This document shows, piece by piece, positions 24,049-36,154 of a stretch of 64,000 bases of DNA. A program made the position numbers and the translations under genes. The notes beneath the pieces were generated by a model that worked only from the letters and a program-made list of their open reading frames with translations, searched no databases and had not been told where the DNA came from. The stretch's first letter is position 1; the number at the start of each line of letters is the position of its first letter. The stretch comes from Squalus acanthias. Its lineage: Eukaryota. The stretch covers positions 133,116,001 to 133,180,000 of the forward strand of contig CM059431.1 in the NCBI GenBank assembly GCA_030390025.1, read 5' to 3'.

Positions 24049-24689
24049 AATGTCAGACAAGCAGCCTGACAACACAGAGGCAGTGGAGGGGTTGGGAAAG
24101 GTGATGGTGAGGTATCGTCAGCATACACCACCATGCTCCATTATTTCTACCCTTACTTTAAATTTATTGTATTTAATCGCTAGAAACACATTTTTGTTTT
24201 ATTTGGGTTAGCCAGGTATATGACAAGTGAAAAATGCTTAAGAGTCTCTGAACCAAGTTACTGAAAACTCCTCAGAGGTAGTTTCTGTTCTCCGATTTTG
24301 AGTGCACATTTGAGTGCCTTTAGGCAAACAGCAGACTTACCTAAATCTAGACAGCTTAGGTTCAGGTTGGCAAGAACCAAGGTTTAGGGACCACCAAGCG
24401 CGTGCATGGTACTGCTGGAGTTTGACCAGCTGACACTGTGTAGTATACCAGCATAGAATACGATAAGCTTCTCTCTGCGTGTCTAACCAGTACTAATTTA
24501 CCTCTTCAAGACACTGGCTTACAAGGATATTTGGTACCAAGTGGGAAAAGTCCCAGCTACTAATGACAGAACTACCTATCAGATCCCATTAATGAGTCAG
24601 ACAGCTTGGTCAATCATAATTAATAACTTGGAGCCCTGCAGACCTGCCTGGCTCAGGTATCAAATTACCAAATCTGACAGAGAGGGTTA

Positions 24690-25240
24690 GAAAGAAAGAC
24701 TTGCATTTATATAGCGCCTTTCATGACCACCGGACGTCCCAAAGCGCTTTACAGTCAATGACGTAATTTTGAAGTGTAGCCACTGTTGTAATTTAGGAAA
24801 CGCAGCAGCCAATTTGTGCACAGCAAGCTCCCATAAACAGATGGGGCCTCAGTTTAACATCTCATCCGAAAGATGGCACCTCCGACAAGTACAGCACTCC
24901 TTCAGTACTGCACTGGAGTGTCAGCCTAGCTTTTTGTGCTTTAAACCGAGGCCCCATCTGCTCTCTCAGGTGGATGTAAATGATCCCATGGCACTATTTC
25001 AAAGAGAAGGGGCGTTAACCCTGGTGTCCTGGCCAATATTTATCCCTCAATCAACATAACAAAAACAGATTATCTGGTCATTATCACATTGCTGTTTATG
25101 GGAGCTTGCTGTGTGCGAATTGGCTGCTGCGTTTCCTACATTACAACAGTGGCTACACTTCAAAATTACGTCATTGACTGTAAAGCGCTTTGGGACGTCC
25201 AGTGGTCATGAAAGGCGCTATAAAAATGCAAATCTTTTTT
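24690..25240. mobile_element. Fold-back (inverted) DeuSINE dimer
   Basis: Minus-strand SINE 24690-24940 joined to plus-strand SINE 24941-25240; 24698-24840 is the near-perfect reverse complement of ~25092-25235. Confidence 0.9.
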
Positions 25241-25696
25241 TAAAAATCAGGCCTTTAATGTCTAAGCTCTCACACGAATAATAGCCGCTGGGTAAGGTAC
25301 CACGTGCATACAGTACCCATGGAGTTGTACCCCAGTAAGGAATGAGGAAAAGAGGGGAGAAAATTTGCTGGCAAAACAAATCTAAGACCTAAAGGCCTGG
25401 GCTCGGTGCAGAACAGAGTTTTGATAATTGCCATTTAACAGATATGAAATGTTTATTTATCCTACTTCACCAATGATATGGAGTGGTCTTTTAAACACAA
25501 TAAAAAAACTGTTGTGCATCACAAAAACAACTTGTATTTATATAGTGCCTCATCACATCTGTAAAAAAGTATCTCTAACTACTTCAGATACAATGAATTA
25601 ATTTGAAATGCTTTTAGACACACACAGCACTATCCCACACAGTGCAGCACTCAGCACTCTACTGGTGTATTATTCTAGACGATGAGCTCAAATCCT

Positions 25697-28037
25697 AATG
25701 AGAAGGGACTAATTAGTAATCTTGTTGTACGGGGACCCTTGGGTCAGAGCGATCATAACATGATCGATTTCTCACTCGAAATGGAGAGCGAAGAAATTGA
25801 CTCAGATACTAAGGTCCTGAATTTAAACAAGGGGAATTATGATGCCATTAGACGGGAACTGAGTAGGTCTGATTGGACAACGTTCCTGGGAGGACTGGAG
25901 GTAGATAAACAATGGCAAGCATTTAAAGATAGAATGACAAAATTGCAAAAATTGTTTATACCAATCTGGCATAAAAGGAAATCTAAAAAGGTGACTCAAC
26001 CGTGGATAACGGGAAATTAGAGACAGCATAAAATCCAAAGATAGGGCGTATAAAATAGCCAAAAAAAGCGCCAGAGCGGAAGATTGGGAACAGTTTAAGA
26101 TAGAGCAAAGGAGGACAAAGGGCTTAATCAAGAGGGGCAAAATAGCTTACGAAAGCAAGCTGGCGGAAAATATAAAAACTAACTCCAAAAGCTTTTATAA
26201 GTATATCAAGAGGAAAAGACTGGTGAAAACCAAAGTTGGCCCATTGCAGTCAGATACGGGGGAATATATAACGGGAAATAAGGAAATGGCAGACCAACTA
26301 AATGCATACTTTGGGTCAGTCTTTACGAAGGAAGACACAAAAAACCTCCCTGGGATATCGGGAAAAATAGGGACATTTGCAAAGGAGGAACTGACGCAAG
26401 TCAATATCTCTAAGGATATGGTGTTAAGGAAGCTAAAGGGATTGAAGGCGGACAAATCCCCAGGGCCTGATAACATGCATCCTAGGGTACTGAAGGAGGT
26501 GGCCCTAGAGATAGCGGATGCACTAAGTATGATTTTTCAGAATTCATTAGACTCGGGAACAGTGCCCATGGATTGGAGGGTAGCTAACGTTACCCCACTA
26601 TTCAAAAAGGGGGGTAGGGAAAAAGCAGGTAATTACAGACCTGTAAGCCTTACATCAGTTGTGGGCAAAATGCTGGAGTCCATCATTAAGGATGAAATAG
26701 CGGAGCACTTAGCAAATGGGGACAGGATAGGACAGAGTCAACATGGATTTACAAAGGGTAAATCGTGCTTGACTAATCTATTGGAATTTTTTGAGGGAGT
26801 AACTGGTAAAATAGATGGGGGAGAGCCAGTAGATGTGGTGTACCTGGACTTCCAAAAGGCCTTCGATAAGGTCCCACATAAAAGATTAGCAGGGAAAATT
26901 GAAGCTCATGGGATAAAGGGGAAAGTATTGACGTGGATAGAGAACTGGCTGTCAGATAGAAAACAGAGAGTTGGAATAAACGGCTCATTTTCTGAATGGC
27001 AGGCAGTAACAAGTGGGGTACCACAGGGATCTGTCCTGGGTCCCCAGCTGTTCACAATTTACATTAATGACCTGGATCAGGGAGTCGGATGCAGCATTTC
27101 CAAATTTGCAGACGACACTAAACTAGGAGGGGGGGTGGGCTCAGAGGAGGAGACCAGGAAGCTCCAGAGCGATTTGGACAGACTGGGTGATTGGGCGGAT
27201 AAATGGCAGATGCACTATAATGTGGACAAGTGCGAAGTTATCCACCTTGGGTGCAGGAACGGGAGGGCAAATTATTATTTAAATGGCAATAAATTGGGAG
27301 AGGGGGAAGTACAGAGAGACCTGGGTGTTCTTGTACACCAGTCACTGAAGGCGAGCATGCAGGTGCAACAGGCGATCAAGAAGGCAAACGGTATGCTGGC
27401 CTTCATAGCAAAAGGGTTGGAATACAGGAACAGGGATACCTTGCTGCAGCTGTACAGGGCACTGGTGAGACCACACCTCGAGTACTGTGTACAGTTTTGG
27501 TCGCCTCATCTGAGGAAAGATGTTCTTGCCATGGAGGGGGTGCAGCGGCGATTCACCAGGCTGATACCAGGAATGGCGGGATTGACCTATGAGGAGAGAC
27601 TATGTAGTTTAGGGATGTACACACTGGAGTTTAGAAGATTGAGAGGGGACCTCATAGAAGTGTATAAAATTCTGACAGGTCTAGACAGACTAGATGCAGA
27701 AGGAATGTTTCCCTTGGCGGGTGAGAACAGAACTAGAGGACATAATTTAAGGATAAGGGCTAAACCATTTAGGACAGAAATGAGGGGGAATTTCTTCACT
27801 CAGAGGGTGGTGAACCTGTGGAACTCATTGCCACAGAGGGCAGTGTACGCCAGCTCATTAAATATATTTAAGAGGGAATTAGATATATTTCTACAGGCAA
27901 AAGGGGTTAAGGGTTACGGAGAGAAGGCGGGGACGGGATACTGAATTGGAGGATCAGCCATGATCTCCTTAAATGGCGGAGCAGGCTCGAAGGGCCGGAT
28001 GGCCTACTCCTGCTCCTATCTTCTATGTATCTATGTA
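25697..28037 (+). mobile_element. Young 5'-truncated CR1 (HER1-like) LINE
   Basis: Begins in the endonuclease C-terminus (PLGQSDHNMI); one apparent frameshift near 26015; 3' UTR stem-loop and TTCTATGTATCTATGTA tail. Confidence 0.97.
26223..27944 (+). CDS. CR1 ORF2 reverse transcriptase and C-terminal domain (573 aa open stretch, no native start)
   Basis: KSPGPD, NYRPVSLTS, QHGFTKGKSCLTNL, YLDFQKAFDKVPH, GVPQGSVLGP, KFADDTKL; no stops. Confidence 0.95.
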   Translation: MKTKVGPLQSDTGEYITGNKEMADQLNAYFGSVFTKEDTKNLPGISGKIGTFAKEELTQVNISKDMVLRKLKGLKADKSPGPDNMHPRVLKEVALEIADALSMIFQNSLDSGTVPMDWRVANVTPLFKKGGREKAGNYRPVSLTSVVGKMLESIIKDEIAEHLANGDRIGQSQHGFTKGKSCLTNLLEFFEGVTGKIDGGEPVDVVYLDFQKAFDKVPHKRLAGKIEAHGIKGKVLTWIENWLSDRKQRVGINGSFSEWQAVTSGVPQGSVLGPQLFTIYINDLDQGVGCSISKFADDTKLGGGVGSEEETRKLQSDLDRLGDWADKWQMHYNVDKCEVIHLGCRNGRANYYLNGNKLGEGEVQRDLGVLVHQSLKASMQVQQAIKKANGMLAFIAKGLEYRNRDTLLQLYRALVRPHLEYCVQFWSPHLRKDVLAMEGVQRRFTRLIPGMAGLTYEERLCSLGMYTLEFRRLRGDLIEVYKILTGLDRLDAEGMFPLAGENRTRGHNLRIRAKPFRTEMRGNFFTQRVVNLWNSLPQRAVYASSLNIFKRELDIFLQAKGVKGYGEKAGTGY

Positions 28038-29793
28038 ACTTGACCCCACAACCTTCTGAAATAAAAACAGAAAATGCTGGAGATATTGACTTCCAAGCAA
28101 AAGTATTACAACTGTGCTAAGCTGATAATAAGTTGAATGATGTCACCAATGAGATATCCTTTATATGTGTCGATTCCTAATGAGTGGTCCAGTGTTACGT
28201 CATTGCTGAAGCACTTGCATCACCAATCTACTGAAAGTCTGAACTGTTCCAAACAAGAACTGTGCTCTTGTTTAAAATGGCTGCCAGGGTAACATAAGGC
28301 CTCTCACTCTTTTTCTCACTCAAAAAACAAAAATCATCGCAAAGGCGGTTCAGGAAACCTATTGCATTTTTATGACCTCTGTTGCTTTTATGGTCCAAAT
28401 GTGTTCTGAAAAGAGCCTACACCTGAAACCTTGACCTGCCTCCACAGACGCTGACTGACCTGCTGAGTGTTTGCAGCATTTTCTGTTTTTGTTTAAAATC
28501 TGCAGCAACTTCAGTCTTTCTTTTGCTTTTTGCTCTTTTTATGCCCATGTTTTGTCAATATGGAGAGAATTCGGGAGGGGTAAAGTAACCACTCTAAACT
28601 CTTCACACTGCTACCATCAATGTCTATCGGAAACAGAATACCTTTGAGTGCAGCAGCTTAGTGTTTTCAGACTTGTTTTCATTTCTGGCATTCTACATGT
28701 CCGCACCCATGCTGTATGAGAAGGTAGCCTAAATCCCAGACTACAAAAGCAGGCCTTTCTCCGGGCACTAGACGAAGGATACAAAAGACTACAATGGCTA
28801 GCATAAACACTATTTAATGTTATTCATATGCGATTGAAGAGATGGGCGTCGGCTCAGTATTGCAGCAAAGCAAAGGCATTGTTGGGAGATGAAAGGAGGC
28901 TTAATGAACAGGAAGCATCATTTCAGCAGGCTGACAGTAACCATCCAGCAACAGTATTGTAGCATTGCCATCTATCCTGTGGGTTTCAGGATTAGAAAAA
29001 GAGAAAACAGAAAAGAAAGTGCGGAGGAATCCTGTTGTATGCAATAGGATGGGAAGGGGGGAAACAAGTTCCATTTCTCTAGCCTGCCATATAATGGGAC
29101 TGTGAGCTGGGAGTGTGTAAAAATGGGTGTGACAGGAATTTGCTCTGATCGCTTCAGCACTGTTACATTACATGAACGTCGCTTTCCATCATATGTTTTA
29201 ATGTGTTAACCACTGGACAGATTTTATTGCCTTTTAAATGGTCCACAGAAAGTTTCAGTATCCAGTTCGTTTTTCAAAATTAAAAAAGACAGATCCCGTA
29301 ACGTGGTAACGCGATTTGTCTTGCGTTTTTGTTTTGTGTAAGATTTGACTTATTCCTTCTTTCTGAAGGATTCGTTGCTACTTTCCAGAGCTGATGAAGC
29401 ATACCGGGATTTAAGAAGAAAAAGGGCCTGCTGCCCTTTCTGTGCGCTGTCGCTTTAGAGAGAGGAGGAGGCAGGACACTGAGGATTCTGCGGGGTCCTA
29501 CAACCTCCCCTCAGCACATTCTCCCAGCTTATTACCGCGCCCCAGTGCTCTCAAAGTACTTGCACCGTGTTTTGTTTTAATTTGTAATACATGTTTGATC
29601 TATATTTATATCTGTTTTCAACTACACAAGAAATGCAGTGATTTTTAAAATTATACCAAAAGAAGAAAAGTGTGAAAATGAGCCGGCATTTAGAAATGAG
29701 AACACCAAACTGGTGCTTTGTTGTGTTTAAATCGTCTGACGCCGCCTTTTAAAATCACGAATAGAATAAAAGTAAGGCATAAAGGCAAGCTAG

Positions 29794-30378
29794 GGTTAGC
29801 CGTGGCTCAGTGGGTAGCACTCTCGCGGTCTGAGTCAGAAGGTTGTGGGTTCAAGTCCCACTCCAGATACTTGAGCACAAAAATCTAGGCTGACACTCCC
29901 AGTGCAGTACTGAGGGAGTGCTGCACTGTCCCAGGTGCCACGTTTCCCACATTACAACAGTGACTCCACTTCAAAAGTACTTCATTGGCTGTAAAGCACT
30001 TTGGGACAGCCAGTGGTCGTGAAAGGCACTATATAAATGCAAGTTGTCTTCTTCTTCTTTCGGATGAGATGTTAAACCGAGGCCCCGTCTGCTCGCTCAG
30101 GTGGATGTAAAAGATCCCTTGGCATTATTTCGAAGAAGAGCAGGGGAGTTATTCCGGTGTCCTGGCCGATATTTATCCCTCAATCAACATCACTAAAAAA
30201 CAGATTATCAGGTCATTATCACATTGCCGTTTGTGGGAGCTTGCTGTGTGCAAATTGGCTGCCGTATTTCCTACATTACAACAGTGACTACACTTCAAAA
30301 AGTACTTCATTGGCTGTAAAGCACTTTGGTACGTCGGTGGTCGTGAAAGGCGCTATATAAATGCAATTCTTTCTTTTC
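29794..30378 (+). mobile_element. DeuSINE with an extra copy of its own 3' tail inserted at ~29941-30057
   Basis: A box TGGCTCAGTGG, B box GGTTCAAGTCC; body breaks at GGTGCC, a tail copy follows, then CTTTCGGATGAG resumes and runs to a second tail. Confidence 0.92.
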
Positions 30379-32009
30379 TTTAAGGTCAGTAATGTCTATA
30401 AACGCTAGCTACTAAACTATTTATGCGCTCCTGATGTGCGAAGTGAAGCTACATCAAAACTAATTATATAGTATTAAAATTACATTGTGCTGTGACTCAA
30501 ATGCAAGTATTGTGTAGTTGAAGTAAAACCGAACGAATTAGCTACCAAGGGTGTGCGGCAGGACCACGCGGAAGCCCTGTTGATGGGTTGGTGTCCCTCC
30601 CACACTCTGACCATCCTCAGCCCCCAGCACAAAGTAATCAAAGATCCCGGCAATTTAATCATTGAAACCCTCACTCCAGAGACGACAGCAGTGTCAATAA
30701 CACACTATGTCATTATCTGTTTGTATTTCGCATCGACAGTGTCAGATAAACAGAGTGGAAAATTAAGATTAAAAATATGGTAATTTCATTTCAGTCAGCA
30801 GGCTGCACTTACTGCCCCATTATGCTATTGATTACCTTTGAATTCAATTTCTGTTTGAATGCAAACTTTAATCTGTTTTCTTCCGAGCAATTCAACTCCC
30901 TGGGGGCTATTTGCAAGTAAGTAACCATTTAATCTGATGGTAACTGGCAAAGCAGTGCCCTAAATAAATTGTATAAATCATCCAGCTCTAACGCACCTAT
31001 GACTTCAATTTCATATTTTTGGCAAACGCCTGCCTGATGCAGCTTGCGTATGGATAATTACAAAGTACAAAGTTTTAATAGAGCAAATATGATAAAAACT
31101 CTATTATAGCAGGTCGTGTGTAATGAGGAGCAGTTTTTAATTTCAGAATGCCTATTCATGAAAAGAATGGAAGATTGAACAGAGAGACTCAAAGCTCCAG
31201 CAACCTCACAGGGTAAAGTTGATAGACATCGTAATTACATGGTTAATTTCAGAAATTTACACACGGGTTATGATTTAAAAGAAATCGTTGAGAGCTGACA
31301 TTTTCATTTTTAAGGAGGCTCGTTATGTGAAATTAATCTGCTGTCTCGTAGCCTTAATTATTTGCAGGCAAAGGGATGAGTGGGATACAAAGTTAAACCT
31401 GATCAAATTAAAGCCAAATTAATGCAAACGGATGTTAGCAGGAACAAAAATGGATCTTGCTAACTTTGGTTTTATTTCACAATGTGCACTTAAATCCATC
31501 TCGGCACGGAGTAATATGCTGTAATTACCTGTTTATAAGCAAGAGTAAAGGAAACCGTTTTCATACAAATGTGAGCTAAAATATAAACAGGGTGGGGTTT
31601 ACATTTATTTTGCGGAGTTTCTGATATAATTTCAGAACTAATGATTAAAAATAGACTGCGCATCCAATCCTTTAGGGCTATACTGCGGATATTTTGAATT
31701 AAATGAAGTTACTTACTGACATAATAGAAATACGTACACAGATAATACATATTTTCATATATTCATGCATGTTGATTCTTTTCAGCACATTGCTGTTATA
31801 ACGTGTTTCAGTATAATATGATTAAAAAACAAGTTCTTAAATACGCGCGCGATTCGTAACAGTTCTAAAAGCATTAACATATCGAATCTTTATCACCTCT
31901 CCTTGTGTTGTTACAGCTAGAATTGACCTGAACAGCTCTCCTATGACTAATTGTACTGTTCTAGTTCCTGTACTTGTCTATAGTTGTTTCTGATGCATTC
32001 GGTCCGGAG

Positions 32010-32530
32010 GATGTCTATCACACACCAACATGTTCCATGGAGTATATCACGCGCTATTTAACATATGTCCCAAACAGCGCTGCAGTCCCCCTATGGCGCA
32101 CGCTTTAATGTGTTCTTTATGTTACTTTAGTACATGTCTATGAAATACTTCATGCGTGTCCTATATATTACCGTACTCGTCAGTGTCACACTCTTTAAGA
32201 TGTGCTATTCCTTGCTTCAGTGCATGTTTATGGCGCACACTATTTAACACATGCTTCATACAATACAAGTACTTTGTAACATGCCTTCTATACAGTGCTG
32301 CAGTACATGCTAATGTCACAGACTTTAACGTGTTCCATGTAGTAAACGCCTGCATCGCCTACAATGTTCTTTACAGGAATACAGTACATGTGTAACTTCC
32401 AACATGTTAGTATGTTCTCACAGTAATACAGTACTGTAGATGGCTATCACACTATTTAACATATATTCCAAATAGTAATGCAGTGCATATTTGTGTGTGC
32501 TAAGTATGTACTACAGTCATGCAGAGGACG
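32010..32530. repeat. Decayed tandem repeat, ~45-bp period
   Basis: Recurrent CAC(A/G)CTATTTAACA..TG and CAGT(A/G)(C/A)TGCAGT(A/G)CATG motifs at roughly 45-bp multiples. Confidence 0.6.
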
Positions 32531-35064
32531 GCCTCTCATTTTATTAACTAGTAATATACAGTACTGAAGCAGTTCTTTATATTATACACTATACATAGGT
32601 GCATGTTTATATCAAACAAGCTAAAATCCTTTCTGTATTCCACTGCACTAGGTTTATAACACGGACTTAGGCACAGTACTGTATGAGTTCCCTTGCGCTG
32701 TGTAACTGGAGGATGTACAGCGATTCCCACATGAAAGTTGAGCTCCCAATCTGGGCTATAATTTGGGATAAGGTCCCAATGGACACGAGGTCAGGTGGCG
32801 TGGGGAATAATTTAAAAATGAGGGTTGTAATGACCATGATAGTGTTGGACTTGTCTTTCTCGCATGGAAACAATTTCAAAGGGTCCAGAGTCACATCAAT
32901 AACATATGTTCTAAAAACTTTTTAAAATAGAAAACGTTTCAAAAGTACAGTCACATGAACCACACGCCTTGGCCTTCCTTCGATTTAGACACTGGTAAAC
33001 GACTGGTCACAACTTTGCAGTACTTTTTCAAAACGATCTAGTTTGATTATTAATCTGTGAGGTTCATTATCTCACATTCCTGCCTCAGCCATTGAACATG
33101 TAGCTACAATTCAAAGACGCCTTCGTCATCTTTCACCTTTTATTAAATCGCTGTCTTCTTCAACGTTTCCACGTGGAATAAAATGAGAACAGTCATGTCA
33201 GATTTAATTGATCATATTCTTTAATCTCATAACAATGATTATTGTTATTTGTGCTTTGCGTGCAGAAACAGGAAAAGATGGGGTTAAATATTAGTATTAC
33301 AAGCTCTTTAGTATTCGAAATATACTGACATGTTTTGAGATACCGTGGGATATAGTTTCAGAAACAGTTTTCAAATCAAACACATCGATGACATTGCCAA
33401 CTTCACGTCAAATTATAGGTGTGTCTTCTTATTGACTACTTTGATCTGCAAAAGAACAAAAATATTAAAAGAGCATCGATTCTTCTCGGAAAATTTGGTA
33501 AAATACTGGGCAAATATTGGAAAGAATAAAGCTGGCGGTTCGGGAGAATGTTGGGAGATATCCGATAATATTTTGTAGATGCTCCATCTGAAAAAAACTC
33601 ATCTATTTTTTCGGTTCTGATCCAGATTGAGCATTTTGTGATGTCCAGCCCAGAATTTCGGTTTCTTTGCCCCGTGTGCATCAGAACGCTGGATATGAAT
33701 GCAACGTCGGCTGATTGTACAGCTTAACATTTCTCCTTTCAAGAAATGTAACAGAGGGATCAATACACACCCAGGACAGTGTGGACCCCTATTAAAGATA
33801 CGGATACTTTATACAATGCATTATTTATACTTAACAAAATAAATGAAGCGCTCAAAATCTACAGTGCGTGCCTTCTAATTAGAGTTCTAATTAACACGGC
33901 ACTTAATAACGATCGAAACTATTTTAATGTTGTGCCGAGGTATTTTTAAATATTGCAGCGTCAGCATTTGACCTGCTGTCTGAGATTGTTCGGAACTTCA
34001 TGGTTGTCGGGAATAGTTGGTATTTTTGTTAGACGAAAGCCCTGTGGCTATTTCTGAGTCAGACAGATGACTGGAGTGGGTGAGCTAAACACTATAATTG
34101 TGAACTTTTAAAACACACATCTGCTCCTGTAATTATAACAAAGCAGACACCTACCTGACACTGAGTTTCGGCAGTGGCAAATAATGCTTGTTTTGTACAC
34201 TTTCCCCCCAACCATTCATCACCTTTATACATCTTGTAATTATTCCGGCCCATTAGGGTAGATGTTTTGTCTGCCCTTCAATACTTCATACTATGCTGCA
34301 ATTTTAAATATCTGAGCATGCACTTTTCCGCAAGAATTTCGATATTTGCAATTATCAGAGGCGTTTTCAAATGGTTTCAGAATAACCCACTGATGTTTCT
34401 TTCTGTCACGTTACCTGCTGCAGTTTCCTTTACAATGAATTTTAAACCAATGTTACAATGGGTCATTTTAGATTGATTTAACACGAATACACACACCGTT
34501 GATTCTTACCTGCGGCCAACAGCTCCTTAAAATCGTTGCTTCATGTATAAATGTTGCTTCCTTTCTTACTCCGTTCATTCCGTTTTTTTTCGTCCGGACA
34601 ACATTCATTTAAATTAAAGCTAAGACAGAGAGGAGTTTCATAGAGAGACCAACTTATCGCCTCTCGCTCTAAACTGCAAGTACTGTACATCAGACCAAAT
34701 CTAAAGAGAAACAGGAGACTCGGTTTCCCAACAGTCAGAGATGCCAAAGCCACGATTCCTTCTGCTTTTCAACCAATCTGCCATACTCCGAACACAAAAA
34801 CACAATAGGTTGGAAAGAGGCACAATTGTGGCTCTTTTGTATTGCTTAAGCAATGTTTGTTTACTTTCACTTCATATTTTTGGAGCATAGGTTTAAACTG
34901 GTACATAACAGGTATACATAGAAAAGACAGCCGAGGAGTGAATTACAAGACTGCAATTTAATGGGGGCGGGGGTCTTAGAATCAAAGTTGTGATAACGTT
35001 TGAGCAATTTGTAAACACCGCTAAATATTGGAGATTGAATTGCAGTTTGTAACTCCCGCCTGGT

Positions 35065-35412
35065 AAAGAAAGACTTGCATTGATTGAACACTTTATCATC
35101 TCCCTCAGAAACATTCAAAGCACTTCACAGACAATTAATTACTTTGAACTCCAGTGACTGTTATGTGGACAGATGGACAGCCATTAGCGCACCCCAATTA
35201 GATGAAGGTTTTGTTAAACGGTTTCTGCTAAGTGTTGAGGGGGGGGGGGGGGGGGGTACCGCGTGGACCAGGACACCAGAGGAAGTCCTTGCTCTTGGAA
35301 CAGTGCCATGGATCTCTAGCTTCCACCACAACAGGCAACCTGGACTTGAGAGGACAGCACTTGTGACAATGGTACCCTCCCTCAGTATTGGATTGGAATG
35401 TCAGCCCAGAAT
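35065..35412 (-). mobile_element. Old diverged DeuSINE
   Basis: AAAGAAAGACTTGCATT tail, CCAGGACACC, GTGCCATGG, CTCCCTCAGTATTG..TGGAATGTCAGCC. Confidence 0.75.
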
Positions 35413-36154
35413 TTATTTTAGAACTAGGATGTCTTATAATATACCAGGCTGTAATATTCTGCTATAATTATTCAGTTATGTAAATTCCAATACAGCAGCC
35501 AATTAAATCACGATTTAATTGCTGTATCCAGCCACTTGCCACTGTCCTATTATGTAACACCTTTAGTGTCTCAAAATGGTAAACAGGAAAATAAGATATT
35601 TTGAATAAAAGAACGAATTTGCATTTTATAGCACCTTTCACAACCTCGGGCTGTCCCAAACCGTTTCACAGTGAATGGAGTTCTTATTAAAAGTTTAGTC
35701 ACTGTTGTACTAGGCAATATACTGTAAGGGACAATACATTCAACATGCTCAGCGCAGCCACTCATCTGGATTTTGAGGTGATGTTGATGAACTGCTCAAG
35801 ATTTGCTCTCACATTTTAAACCTTCCAAGCATTAATACCTTGAAACAGAGTAAGATTTTGTTATCCTGTAAAAAGATTTCAATAAATGCACTTTGGACTG
35901 TACCGTAGACAACCCAGTATATAATTAATTTACTTTATAGGCAATGCTGTATCCATGTATATACACACACACACAAAGATATATATAATATATGCAAATT
36001 GAACAATTATCACTGCAAACATTTTGATTTATATCAAATCAATTACCAGCAAATAATAAAATCACCCATTAATATAGTAATAATAGATGGGAATTTGGTG
36101 AGAGTGAGAATTCAGTGTAGAGGGGGAAGGAGGCGTTGCTTTTTGCCTCCAATA

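Larger units (their letters stand above)
25525..28058 (-). mobile_element. Old DeuSINE split by the CR1 at 25697-28037
   Basis: Tail AACTTGTATTTATATAGTGCC at ~25528; body ...CTAGACGATGAGCTCAAATCC left of the CR1; head piece ACTTGACCCCACAACCTTCTGA right of it. Confidence 0.7.

Noticed and set aside
29794..29870. tRNA gene
   Set aside because: The A/B boxes belong to a SINE head that continues into the Deu domain; the same applies at 19480-19540 and 22311-22375.
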